Source: Gemmatimonadales bacterium (GTDB lineage: Bacteria; Gemmatimonadota; Gemmatimonadetes; Gemmatimonadales; GWC2-71-9). Taken from it: 64,000 nucleotides of DNA. The notes beneath the pieces were generated by a model that was not told the DNA's origin, ran no database searches, and saw only the letters and a list, made by a program, of their open reading frames with translations. Location of the stretch: positions 36,157-100,156 of the forward strand of contig DASTUP010000187.1 of the NCBI GenBank assembly GCA_035759585.1. The letters are read 5' to 3'. A program made the position numbers and the translations under genes. Of this stretch, positions 9,947 through 17,771 are shown in pieces; the first letter of the stretch is position 1; each line of letters starts with the position of its first letter.

Positions 9947-9975
9947 ATGTTAGGTGTTTTAACATCTATCGTCAA
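9947..9975 (-). promoter_or_regulatory. Putative promoter positioned for a leaderless transcript of the LLM oxidoreductase gene
   Basis: Minus strand reads TTGACG (9975..9970) - 17 nt - TAACAT (9952..9947) - 7 nt - ATG (9939). It lies in an AT-rich inverted repeat ATGTTA-N7-TAACAT (9947..9965). No SD is possible in 7 nt. Confidence 0.5.
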
Positions 9976-10001
9976 CGGAGCATCCGCCCAGGGAGTGCTG
10001 C

Positions 10002-10433
10002 ATGACCCACGTAAATCCGGCGAACGAGGAATTGCGCGCGTTGCTGGCGTCGGCGCGCACCATCGCAATGGTCGGGGCGTCCTCCAACCCGGATCGTCCC
10101 TCACACGGCGTCATGAAGTTCCTGCTGCACCGCGGGTTTCACGTCGTTCCGGTCACGCCGTTCGAGACGGAGGTCCATGGGCAGAAGGCCTATGCTTCGC
10201 TCGCGGAAATACCGGAGCCGGTCGACATCGTGGATGTCTTCCGTCGTGCGGACGCCACGCCGCCGATCGCCGATGAAGCGGTGGCGATCGGCGCGAAGGC
10301 GCTCTGGCTGCAGCTTGGGATCGCCAGCGAGGAAGCGGCGAGGCGCGCCGGTGCCGGCGGCCTCACCGTGATCATGAACCGATGCATTGCAGAAACGACG
10401 CGGGAGCTCGGCATCGAGAAGTCCGCCGTCTGA
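10002..10433 (+). CDS. CoA-binding domain protein (YccU/YneT-like)
   Basis: 143 aa. Contains [34 protein letters not shown]...VDIVDVFRR...[17 protein letters not shown] lies 7 nt upstream. Confidence 0.85.
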   Translation: MTHVNPANEELRALLASARTIAMVGASSNPDRPSHGVMKFLLHRGFHVVPVTPFETEVHGQKAYASLAEIPEPVDIVDVFRRADATPPIADEAVAIGAKALWLQLGIASEEAARRAGAGGLTVIMNRCIAETTRELGIEKSAV

Positions 10434-10562
10434 TGCTCCGCCGTTCCGGTCCGCCAGACACCCGGCTAGCGGCAAATCGAGCGGGCATCGCGCCGGAGCA
10501 ACTCGTTGATGTCCGGGTACCGGCCGACGATCCGACCCGGTATATTCCCGCCTCCCAAAGAC

Positions 10563-10636
10563 GGGCCCGTAGCTCAGCTGGATAGAGCGCTTGCCTCCGG
10601 AGCAAGAGGTCGCGCGTTCGAATCGCGCCGGGCCCA
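10563..10636 (+). tRNA. tRNA-Arg (anticodon CCG)
   Basis: 74-nt cloverleaf folded by hand. Acceptor GGGCCCG/CGGGCCC plus discriminator A. D arm GCTC-AGCTGGATA-GAGC. Anticodon stem CTTGC/GCAAG with loop CTCCGGA (anticodon CCG). T arm GCGCG-TTCGAAT-CGCGC. CCA is not encoded. Confidence 0.95.
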
Positions 10637-10650
10637 CTCATCGAAATTCT

Positions 10651-10690
10651 GCCTCGCCATCGGTCACCGGTGTGCGAGGCGTTCTGTTTT
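10651..10690 (+). terminator. Possible intrinsic terminator after tRNA-Arg
   Basis: GCCTCGC (10651..10657) pairs with GCGAGGC (10674..10680), followed by GTTCTGTTTTC. The 16-nt loop region is large, so confidence is modest. Confidence 0.4.
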
Positions 10691-10700
10691 CAGTCCGAGC

Positions 10701-10729
10701 TTGCGCTGCATAGGGGGAGGGGGTATACT
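10701..10729 (+). promoter_or_regulatory. Putative promoter positioned for a leaderless transcript of the 133-aa Cys/His protein gene
   Basis: TTGCGC (10701..10706) - 17 nt - TATACT (10724..10729) - 8 nt - ATG 10738. Confidence 0.5.
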
Positions 10730-10737
10730 GACTGCCC

Positions 10738-11139
10738 ATGCCGACACGAGCGCGTCGCGGAGCCGGCCTCCGCCTGGTTCTATCGGTCCTGTGGGCGTTC
10801 GCGCTTCTGAACGCCTGGACGCCGGCGCTTGCCACGAGAGCTGCTCACACATGCGTGAGTGCGCAGAAATCAGCGCGACCGGACCCCCATGCGCACGGCG
10901 GGCCGCACGGCGCGTCCAACGGGCCCTCGTGGAATGGAAATCCGGAACCCTGCGAGCACTGCGGACATGGCGACGACTGTCAACGGAACCCCGGCTGCAC
11001 TACCGCCGGATCCATGCTGTTGGCCGCTGCACCCAGCGTCGCGCTTCTGCCCGTAACAGGGGTCCGCGAAGGCTGGCTCGCTGATCATCCGCTGGCTGCA
11101 AACCCGACACCTCCAACACCCCCGCCCTCGGTCCTCTGA
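10738..11139 (+). CDS. Exported Cys/His-rich small protein of unknown function (possible metal-binding)
   Basis: 133 aa. Signal-like N-terminus RLVLSVLWAFALLNAWTPALA. Contains HAHGGPHG and CEHCGHGDDCQRNPGC, with a Pro-rich tail. GC3 is lower than in neighbouring genes (about 31 percent A/T-ending codons by hand count). The alternative frame translates to Arg-rich nonsense. Confidence 0.5.
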   Translation: MPTRARRGAGLRLVLSVLWAFALLNAWTPALATRAAHTCVSAQKSARPDPHAHGGPHGASNGPSWNGNPEPCEHCGHGDDCQRNPGCTTAGSMLLAAAPSVALLPVTGVREGWLADHPLAANPTPPTPPPSVL

Positions 11140-11226
11140 TCGTTTGACCGCCAGCGCGCCGCTGCGTGCCCAGTATGGCGCATCGGCCTCGCTGTCCCCT
11201 GTCATCGAACAATCGAGGATCGCCAA

Positions 11227-12066
11227 ATGTTGAATCACCTGATTCAGCGTACTCTCGTTGCCATTCCGGCAACGCTGGTCATCAGCGCCGTATGCGTCGA
11301 GGCTGCCTTTGCCCAGATCGACTATCGGAATCTGGACGAAGGCCGGCCGGTCCGGACGGAGGACGCATATCCCGTCGAGCGCCATTCATTCGAGCTCGTG
11401 GTGCCCTATATCTACGAAAATGAGCGTGGCCCGGGCCGGAGTCATCTCGTAGCGCCTGAGCTCGCCTATGGAATTGCCGCCAATACAATGGTTGGCCTGA
11501 AGCTCCCCTTCACTGCCCTGGATGGAGGTGCAGGCGTGGACACGCGGTGGGGTTTCGGGGGCCCTCGCTTCTTCGGCTTGTACAATTTCAATACTGAAAG
11601 CCCGAAGCTCCCCGCCTTCGCTCTCCGGGCCGACGCCTCCATCCCGTTCGGAAACCTCGCGGGTGATCACGTAAGCGGAGCCCTTTCCGCGATCGCCACG
11701 AGAAGCTGGGGCCGCACCCGCGCGCACATCAACGCTACCGTCGGACTTGGACCGGAGCCTGCGGTTTCGGAAGCACTTCCCGTGCATGCGATGCCTTCAT
11801 GGGGTGCCGGCGCTGCTCTCGACCGCACATTTCTCCGCAGCAGCCTGGTCGTCATTGCCGAGCTGACCCTTCGCGAGGCGATTGGTGAGACCATCACCGA
11901 GGTCTCTGCAGGACTGGGCGCCCGGATGCAGCTCACACCGACGCTCGTGCTCGACGCCGGGCTCGAGCGACGGCTGACCCGCGAGGCCGGAACCGACATC
12001 GGCCTGACAATCGGACTCACCCATGCATTCGCGCTCGCCGGCCTGATGCCCGCGGGTCCACGGTAA
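11227..12066 (+). CDS. Exported hypothetical protein, possible outer-membrane beta-barrel
   Basis: 279 aa. Signal peptide LVAIPATLVISAVCVEAAFAQ. Alternating hydrophobic pattern with Gly/aromatic-rich strands (RWGFGGPRFFGLYNF, GLTIGLTHAF). SD GAGGA upstream. Confidence 0.6.
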   Translation: MLNHLIQRTLVAIPATLVISAVCVEAAFAQIDYRNLDEGRPVRTEDAYPVERHSFELVVPYIYENERGPGRSHLVAPELAYGIAANTMVGLKLPFTALDGGAGVDTRWGFGGPRFFGLYNFNTESPKLPAFALRADASIPFGNLAGDHVSGALSAIATRSWGRTRAHINATVGLGPEPAVSEALPVHAMPSWGAGAALDRTFLRSSLVVIAELTLREAIGETITEVSAGLGARMQLTPTLVLDAGLERRLTREAGTDIGLTIGLTHAFALAGLMPAGPR

Positions 12067-12077
12067 CAGGAGGCAGC

Positions 12078-13148
12078 ATGCGCGCTCTGCATCTGACGCT
12101 CGCGTTCCTTGCCGCAGGGGCACCCTTCCTGTCATCTGCACACGCCCAGGACCAGCGCGACGAGCAGTTCTATTACCCGGGAACCTTCAACTGGCAATTC
12201 CTTCGGAGCTATCCGGAGGCCGCCAGGCTGTTCAACGCATTCGACTATGGACATGCAGTCCTGTATGAACGCCTGCTCACCTCGGAGAGCGAGCGCCTCT
12301 CGGCCGAGCTCCGCCAGGAATACCGCTACCTGACCACCGACCTTCTCGTCCGCCCGCCGCGCTTTGCCGTCGCGGAGGAGGCGGTCATGCCGTCCTACGC
12401 CAAGCTGGCATGGCAGGCGAAGCAGATGTTCGACTGGGCGCACGTTCTCCACCGCCAGATCTACGACGTATACAGCGACGACCGTCTGACGGCGGCAGCG
12501 AAGGATTCGCTGATCGAACGGCTGACCGACTACTACCTGACCCGCGATGACGTCGCGTTCACGACTGTGCCCAAATCCATGGCGCTCATGGATGAGCAGC
12601 GGTTCAGCCGGGTTTTCCGGGAAGAGCACCCGGCGTTCAACGGGCTCATATGGGCATATCACTGGCTGCAGGTGGGACTGTACGAGCCGCTCATTGCCGG
12701 TGCGACCCGTGCCGAGAAGAAGCAGCTCGTCCAGACGACGGTTGCGCGGTTCTGGGAAATGGTGCAGACCGAGCGATATCCGGCAGTCATGCCGATGACC
12801 TCCGCGGTGGCCCCCGAATTCAGCCGAAGGCACCCTCGGGCGGCCGTGATCTTCGACAACCTTCACATGATGCACGACATCATTTCAGACGTACTTGCGT
12901 CGCCGCTGGTCGAGATCGACGAAAAGCGGGGAATGATCTACGCTCAGCTGGCCGAGTTCCGGAATCCGGGGACGAACGTGATCACGATGGCGGACTGGCT
13001 GGACATGGCCGACCATTTGGGCGGCATCGAGGCGATGGGAGGCCCTGCGCTCATGCAACCCGCTGGCGACCCGTCGCCGCACGACCGTCATGAGACGAGA
13101 CCGGCAAAGCCGACACCGGTCCCCTCGGACAGCCACGACCATCACTAG
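12078..13148 (+). CDS. Exported hypothetical protein with His-rich C-terminal tail
   Basis: 356 aa. Signal peptide MRALHLTLAFLAAGAPFLSSAHAQ. Helical-looking body. Ends PSPHDRHETRPAKPTPVPSDSHDHH. SD AGGAGG upstream. Stop lies 13 nt before the copB start. Confidence 0.65.
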   Translation: MRALHLTLAFLAAGAPFLSSAHAQDQRDEQFYYPGTFNWQFLRSYPEAARLFNAFDYGHAVLYERLLTSESERLSAELRQEYRYLTTDLLVRPPRFAVAEEAVMPSYAKLAWQAKQMFDWAHVLHRQIYDVYSDDRLTAAAKDSLIERLTDYYLTRDDVAFTTVPKSMALMDEQRFSRVFREEHPAFNGLIWAYHWLQVGLYEPLIAGATRAEKKQLVQTTVARFWEMVQTERYPAVMPMTSAVAPEFSRRHPRAAVIFDNLHMMHDIISDVLASPLVEIDEKRGMIYAQLAEFRNPGTNVITMADWLDMADHLGGIEAMGGPALMQPAGDPSPHDRHETRPAKPTPVPSDSHDHH

Positions 13149-13161
13149 GGGGGACCGGACC

Positions 13162-15264
13162 ATGCATCACGTGCACGAGACTCACGAGCCCGGGGGGCCG
13201 GGCCATCACGATCATGGCCTCATGGATGAGGCGCTCGATCACGGCAGTCACGGCGACCACGGTGCGCATTCGTCGCGTGCGGGGCACGACAAGCATGCGG
13301 GACACTCGCCGGGAATGTTCCGGGACAGGTTCTGGCTCTCGCTCGCGCTCACGCTTCCGACGCTGATCTGGGGGCACATGCTCCCGCGCCTGCTCGGCTA
13401 CACGCCGCCGGTGGTCCCCGGGAGTCACTGGATCGCCCCCGTGCTCGGGACGGCGGTTTTTCTCTACGGCGGCTGGCCATTCGTCGTCGGCGCCGTGCGC
13501 GAGCTTCGATCACGCCTTCCCGGCATGATGACTCTCATTGCCCTGGCGATCAGCGTGGCCTTCGGCTTCAGTGCGGCCGTCACGCTGGGATACGAGGGCA
13601 CGCCGCTCTGGGAGGAGCTGGCGACGCTCGTGACCATCATGCTGCTCGGACACTGGATCGAAATGCGCTCGATCGCGCAGGCGCGGGGAGCGCTGGCCGA
13701 GCTCGCCAGGCTGCTTCCGGATACGGCGACTCGCCTCGTCCGGGATGCCACCGGCGAGCGGTCGGAGGAAGTCCCACTCGCCGCGCTTCACGAGCGGGAT
13801 GTCATTCTCGTGCGGCCCGGGGCCAATGTTCCGGTCGATGGCAAGGTGCTGGAAGGACACAGCAGCCTGAACGAGTCCATGATCACCGGCGAGAGCCGGC
13901 TCGTGGACAAGGGTCAGGGCGACACGGTGATTGCCGGGACGATCAACGGCGCCGGATCGCTGCGGGTGGAAGTCACCGGTGCCGGCGACCGGACGACGCT
14001 GGCCGGGATCATGCGGCTCGTCGCACAGGCGCAGACATCCCGTTCCCGGGCGCAGGCGCTCGCGGACCGCGCCGCCTTCTGGCTCACGATCATCGCGCTC
14101 GGCGCCGGGGTGGCGACCTTCATCGCGTGGATGGCGATCGGGAGCGAGGTCGCCTATGCAGTCGAGCGCACCGTCACGGTCCTGGTGATCGCATGTCCCC
14201 ATGCGCTTGGACTCGCCGTGCCCCTGGTGATTGCCATCTCGACCACGCTCGGGGCGCGGAGCGGCCTGCTCGTGCGGGACCGGCGTGGGCTCGAGGAGGC
14301 GCGCCTTCTGGACGCCGTCGTTTTCGACAAGACCGGAACGCTGACGCTCGGGTCGCATCGCGTCGTGGAAACGAGTCTCGCGGCCGGCCAGGAGGAAGTC
14401 GAAGCGCTGCGCCTGGCAGCCGCGGCGGAGCAGGACTCGGAGCATCCGGTCGCTCAGGCAATCGTCGCCAGTGCGCGGGATCGGTCCATTCAGATCCCGG
14501 GAGCCAGAGGCTTTACCGCGATTCCCGGGCATGGGGTGGAAGCAGACGTGGAGGGAAACCACGTGGCCGTTGGAGGTCCGAACCTGCTCGCCCGGCGGAA
14601 GCTCGCGGTACCGACCGGGCTGCACGCCTTCGGCGAGGCCGCCGCTGCGCGCGGCCAAAGCGTCATCTACCTCGTCGTCGATGACCAGGTCCGAGCGGCC
14701 TTCGCCGTCGCCGACGCCATACGGCCGGAATCAAGAGAAGCGGTCGCTCGGCTCCATGCGCTCGGCATCGAGGTGGCCATGATGACCGGGGATTCGCAGG
14801 CCGTGGCCGACTCCGTTGCCAGAGACCTCGGAATCGACACCGTCTTCGCGCAGGTGCTTCCCGAAGGGAAAGCGGGCCGGATCGAGGGCCTGCAGGGGAA
14901 GGGCAAACGTGTCGCAATGGTGGGCGATGGAGTAAATGACGCGCCGGCGCTGGTGACCGCCGACGTCGGCATCGCGATCGGAGCAGGCACGGATGTCGCA
15001 GTCGAAGCGGGCGACGTCGTACTCGTTCGCAGCGATCCGCGCGACGTCGCCCGGATCATCGGGCTGAGCCGGGCGAGCTATCGGAAGATGGTCCAGAACC
15101 TCTGGTGGGCGGCCGGTTACAACATCATCGCCATTCCGCTCGCGGCGGGGGTGCTGGCGGGGTATGGGATCGTTCTCTCGCCGGCAATCGGCGCAGTGCT
15201 GATGTCGGTCAGCACCGTCATCGTCGCGGTCAACGCGCAGCTGCTCCGGCGAGTCCTGCTGTAA
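13162..15264 (+). CDS. copB: Copper-translocating P1B-type ATPase, CopB-like (His-rich N-terminus, CPH motif)
   Basis: 700 aa from ATG 13162. N-terminus MHHVHETHEPGGPGHHDHG...HGSHGDHGAH. Motifs ITGES, VIACPHALGLAVP (CPH), DKTGTLT and GDGVNDAPAL. Confidence 0.9.
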   Translation: MHHVHETHEPGGPGHHDHGLMDEALDHGSHGDHGAHSSRAGHDKHAGHSPGMFRDRFWLSLALTLPTLIWGHMLPRLLGYTPPVVPGSHWIAPVLGTAVFLYGGWPFVVGAVRELRSRLPGMMTLIALAISVAFGFSAAVTLGYEGTPLWEELATLVTIMLLGHWIEMRSIAQARGALAELARLLPDTATRLVRDATGERSEEVPLAALHERDVILVRPGANVPVDGKVLEGHSSLNESMITGESRLVDKGQGDTVIAGTINGAGSLRVEVTGAGDRTTLAGIMRLVAQAQTSRSRAQALADRAAFWLTIIALGAGVATFIAWMAIGSEVAYAVERTVTVLVIACPHALGLAVPLVIAISTTLGARSGLLVRDRRGLEEARLLDAVVFDKTGTLTLGSHRVVETSLAAGQEEVEALRLAAAAEQDSEHPVAQAIVASARDRSIQIPGARGFTAIPGHGVEADVEGNHVAVGGPNLLARRKLAVPTGLHAFGEAAAARGQSVIYLVVDDQVRAAFAVADAIRPESREAVARLHALGIEVAMMTGDSQAVADSVARDLGIDTVFAQVLPEGKAGRIEGLQGKGKRVAMVGDGVNDAPALVTADVGIAIGAGTDVAVEAGDVVLVRSDPRDVARIIGLSRASYRKMVQNLWWAAGYNIIAIPLAAGVLAGYGIVLSPAIGAVLMSVSTVIVAVNAQLLRRVLL

Positions 15265-15306
15265 GCGGAGTCCGGGCTCATGGATGGTCGAGCCACCATG
15301 CCTCGA

Positions 15307-15636
15307 TCATCCAGACCCGGGAGCCCGGTACGGCATCCCCTGCGCCTTTCCGAGCATCTCGATCGTCTCTTCCACCGTGAGCAGCGGAGTGGTCTCGGCC
15401 GACCGCAACGCGCCACCGGCGGCGATTCCCACGGCAAAGGCCGCAGCTTCGATGTTCGACGGCGCCTCGATCAGCACGAAGCCGTCGTGCTCTCCGAAGC
15501 CATACCAGAAACCGTGCAGCTTCCCGCCGAGATTCTCGACCACGGCTCGAGCCACCTCACGGCGATCTTCCGGCTTCCTGATGAGCCGCGCCCAGGCCTC
15601 CGGCGTATAACTGAAGCGCATGAGATAGTGCGGCAT
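15307..15636 (-). CDS. GYD domain protein
   Basis: 109 aa from internal ATG 15636 (MPHYLMRFSYTPEAWARLIRKPEDRREVARAVVENLGGKLHGFWYGFGEHDGFVLIEAP). Confidence 0.8.
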   Translation of the reverse strand: MPHYLMRFSYTPEAWARLIRKPEDRREVARAVVENLGGKLHGFWYGFGEHDGFVLIEAPSNIEAAAFAVGIAAGGALRSAETTPLLTVEETIEMLGKAQGMPYRAPGSG

Positions 15637-15659
15637 CGGATCCTCCCAGGGCGGCGCGG

Positions 15660-15929
15660 CTACTTCCGGCGCACCGACGTTCCCTTCGGCCAATACGTGA
15701 ACTCCGGCACGTGGCACACGCCTTCGAGGTCCGCCACGCGGTCGCGCAGAAACGCCTCCGCGGCAGCAACGCCCGCGTTGTAGGCGGTCGGCGCGATTTC
15801 CCTCAGGACGAACTTCAGAAGCTGCCGCGCCTGCAGCTCGCTGACGTCGACCTCAAGCTCCTCGGAGCAATAGCGACGAAGCGATGACAGCGCCTGCTTT
15901 TCGGCATCGGGGGAAAATTCGATCTGCAT
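15660..15929 (-). CDS. DUF2164 domain protein
   Basis: 89 aa. Contains LRRYCSEELEVDVSELQARQLLKFVLREIAPTAYNAGVAAAEAFL, which matches my recollection of the DUF2164 pattern. Confidence 0.7.
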   Translation of the reverse strand: MQIEFSPDAEKQALSSLRRYCSEELEVDVSELQARQLLKFVLREIAPTAYNAGVAAAEAFLRDRVADLEGVCHVPEFTYWPKGTSVRRK

Positions 15930-15932
15930 GAG

Positions 15933-16193
15933 CTATCGGGTCAGTCCGCCATTGCACGTGATCTCCACCGCGGCCTCGTTCGAGCGCGTCAGACTATCGG
16001 CCGGTGTCACCACGACCGGGCTTCCCGGCCCCAGTTTCGCCGAGCCGCCGCGCCGCAGCTCCTCGGCGTAGCACTGTCCGGCAATGACCTGGGATCGCCC
16101 GTAGGTGCGGAGGGGTGCGCAGCCGGCAGCTGTGAGGAGCAGCAGGAGGAATGAAAGGCGGCGCCCGGAAGCGGCGCGAAGGCACCAGACCAT
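15933..16193 (-). CDS. Small lipoprotein, unknown function
   Basis: 86 aa from ATG 16193. MVWCLRAASGRRLSFLLLLLTAAGCAP carries a lipobox (TAAGC). Only a 3-nt gap to the DUF2164 gene. Confidence 0.55.
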   Translation of the reverse strand: MVWCLRAASGRRLSFLLLLLTAAGCAPLRTYGRSQVIAGQCYAEELRRGGSAKLGPGSPVVVTPADSLTRSNEAAVEITCNGGLTR

Positions 16194-16354
16194 GAGCCCC
16201 TCCTGACACGGATCACGGAAATAGATCACCAGCGGCGCCCGGGACGGCTCGTCCATGTTACGAAGCAACCCGGGATCCCGCCACTCCAGCCTTCCCGGAG
16301 CCGGCCAAACGGGCGAATGGCGTGTCCCCGGTGTCCCGCCTGGCCCGGCGGGCC

Positions 16355-16390
16355 TTGCCGGGGCCGTGATTTGTAACTATGTATGTTACA
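16355..16390 (+). promoter_or_regulatory. Putative leaderless promoter plus inverted repeat at the rrf2-family gene start
   Basis: TTGCCG (16355..16360) - 17 nt - TATGTA (16378..16383) - 6 nt - ATG 16390. Inverted repeat TGTAAC-N7-GTTACA (16372..16390) overlaps the -10 and the start codon. Confidence 0.5.
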
Positions 16391-16854
16391 TGCCCCGCAG
16401 CACCCGATTTTCCGTCGCGCTGCACGTGCTCACGCACCTGGTCGATCGCGCCGGTCCGCGGACATCGGCGCAGCTGGCCGGATGCGTGGGAACCAACCCC
16501 GTCGTTGTCCGCCGGACACTCGCGGGACTGCGGGACGCAGGATTGGTGACGTCCGCGCGCGGCACCGGTGGCGGATGGGCACTCGCACGGGACCCTGCCC
16601 GGATTTCATTGCGCGACATCTACCAGGGCCTCGGGGAGCGCCTTCTCCAGGGAATCGACGTGACGGGTCCCGGCGTTCGGAGCGCACCTGGGGGGAGCTG
16701 CCGGATCCAGCGCGCCGTGGCCGGGACACTCGACGACTTCGTCAACGAGGCGGAATCGCTCCTGGCTGCGCGGTTGGCAAATATCACGCTCGCCACACTC
16801 GCGGCGCGCGTCCGCGAGCTCCGCCCAGCGAAACGCGCAGCGTCTACCAGGTGA
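16390..16854 (+). CDS. Rrf2 family transcriptional regulator
   Basis: 154 aa from ATG 16390. Contains MPRSTRFSVALHVLTHLVDRAGPRTSAQLAGCVGTNPVVVRRTLAGLRDAGLVTSARGTGGGWALA. Confidence 0.85.
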   Translation: MPRSTRFSVALHVLTHLVDRAGPRTSAQLAGCVGTNPVVVRRTLAGLRDAGLVTSARGTGGGWALARDPARISLRDIYQGLGERLLQGIDVTGPGVRSAPGGSCRIQRAVAGTLDDFVNEAESLLAARLANITLATLAARVRELRPAKRAASTR

Positions 16855-16859
16855 GGCCC

Positions 16860-17771
16860 ATGCAATCCTTCGACGTCGTCATCGCCGGCGGGAGCTTTGC
16901 CGGCCTCTCCGCGGCCATGCAGCTCGCGCGGGCGCGGCGGCGCGTCCTCGTCGTGGACGCCGGCCGTCCGCGCAATCGCTTTGCACACGCATCGCACGGC
17001 TTCCTGGGCCAGGATGGCCGATCGCCGACCGAGATACTGCGCACGGCAAGAGCGCAGGTCCTCGCCTATCCGACCGCCGAGGTGCGTGAAGACGAGGCGA
17101 CGAGGGCGGTGGAACGCGACGGTGCGTTCCGGATCGAGCTCGGCTCGGGATCGAGCGTAGGCGCGCGGCGGCTGATTCTCGCAACGGGCGTCGTCGATGA
17201 GCTGCCCGATCTCCCCGGCCTCCGCGAGCGTTGGGGCAGGACCGTGCTGCACTGCCCGTACTGCCATGGCTACGAGGTTGCCGACGGCCGGCTCGGGATA
17301 CTCGCCGTCGGCGAGGCGAGCGTGCACCAGTCGCTTCTCCTTCCCGACTGGAGCAGCGACGTCACGCTCTTCACGAACGGGACCTTCGAGCCCGGGGCGG
17401 AACAGCTCCAGGCCCTGGCGGCTCGCGGCGTGCGCATCGACCATCGCCCGGTGCTGGAGGTCGTGGGGGACAGCGATACGTTTGCCGGCGTGCGCGTGCT
17501 GGACGAGGGCGGTACCGCGCTGGTCGCGCTCGACGCGCTCTTCACCGGCTCACGCACTCGCATGGCGAGCCCGCTCGCCGAGCAGCTTGGCTGTGCCTTC
17601 GACGAAGGACCCTTCGGCCCGGTCGTTCGCACCGACGCGTGGAAGGAAACGACGGTGCCGCACGTGTTCGCCGCGGGCGACCTCGCGCGGGTGCCGCACA
17701 ATGTCAGCTGGGCTTCGGCTGATGGGGTAACTGCCGGTATCGGTGCGCACCGGTCGCTCGCGCTGCCCTGA
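16860..17771 (+). CDS. FAD-dependent pyridine nucleotide-disulfide oxidoreductase (thioredoxin-reductase-like, CPYC redox motif)
   Basis: 303 aa from ATG 16860. Contains MQSFDVVIAGGSFAGLSAAMQLARA (GxGxxG), HCPYCHGYEV and FAAGDLA. Starts 5 nt after the rrf2 stop. Confidence 0.85.
   Translation: MQSFDVVIAGGSFAGLSAAMQLARARRRVLVVDAGRPRNRFAHASHGFLGQDGRSPTEILRTARAQVLAYPTAEVREDEATRAVERDGAFRIELGSGSSVGARRLILATGVVDELPDLPGLRERWGRTVLHCPYCHGYEVADGRLGILAVGEASVHQSLLLPDWSSDVTLFTNGTFEPGAEQLQALAARGVRIDHRPVLEVVGDSDTFAGVRVLDEGGTALVALDALFTGSRTRMASPLAEQLGCAFDEGPFGPVVRTDAWKETTVPHVFAAGDLARVPHNVSWASADGVTAGIGAHRSLALP

Noticed and set aside
10101-10637. 178-aa minus-strand ORF beginning MGPARFERATSCSGGKRSIQLSYGP
   Set aside because: Its 5' part is the reverse complement of tRNA-Arg, and the rest is antisense to the CoA-binding protein gene.
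10563-15264. Calling the tRNA-adjacent metal block a mobile genomic island
   Set aside because: I found no integrase, transposase or direct repeat of the tRNA 3' end. Only a compositional hint and the tRNA adjacency support it, so it is reported as a finding rather than annotated as a mobile element.
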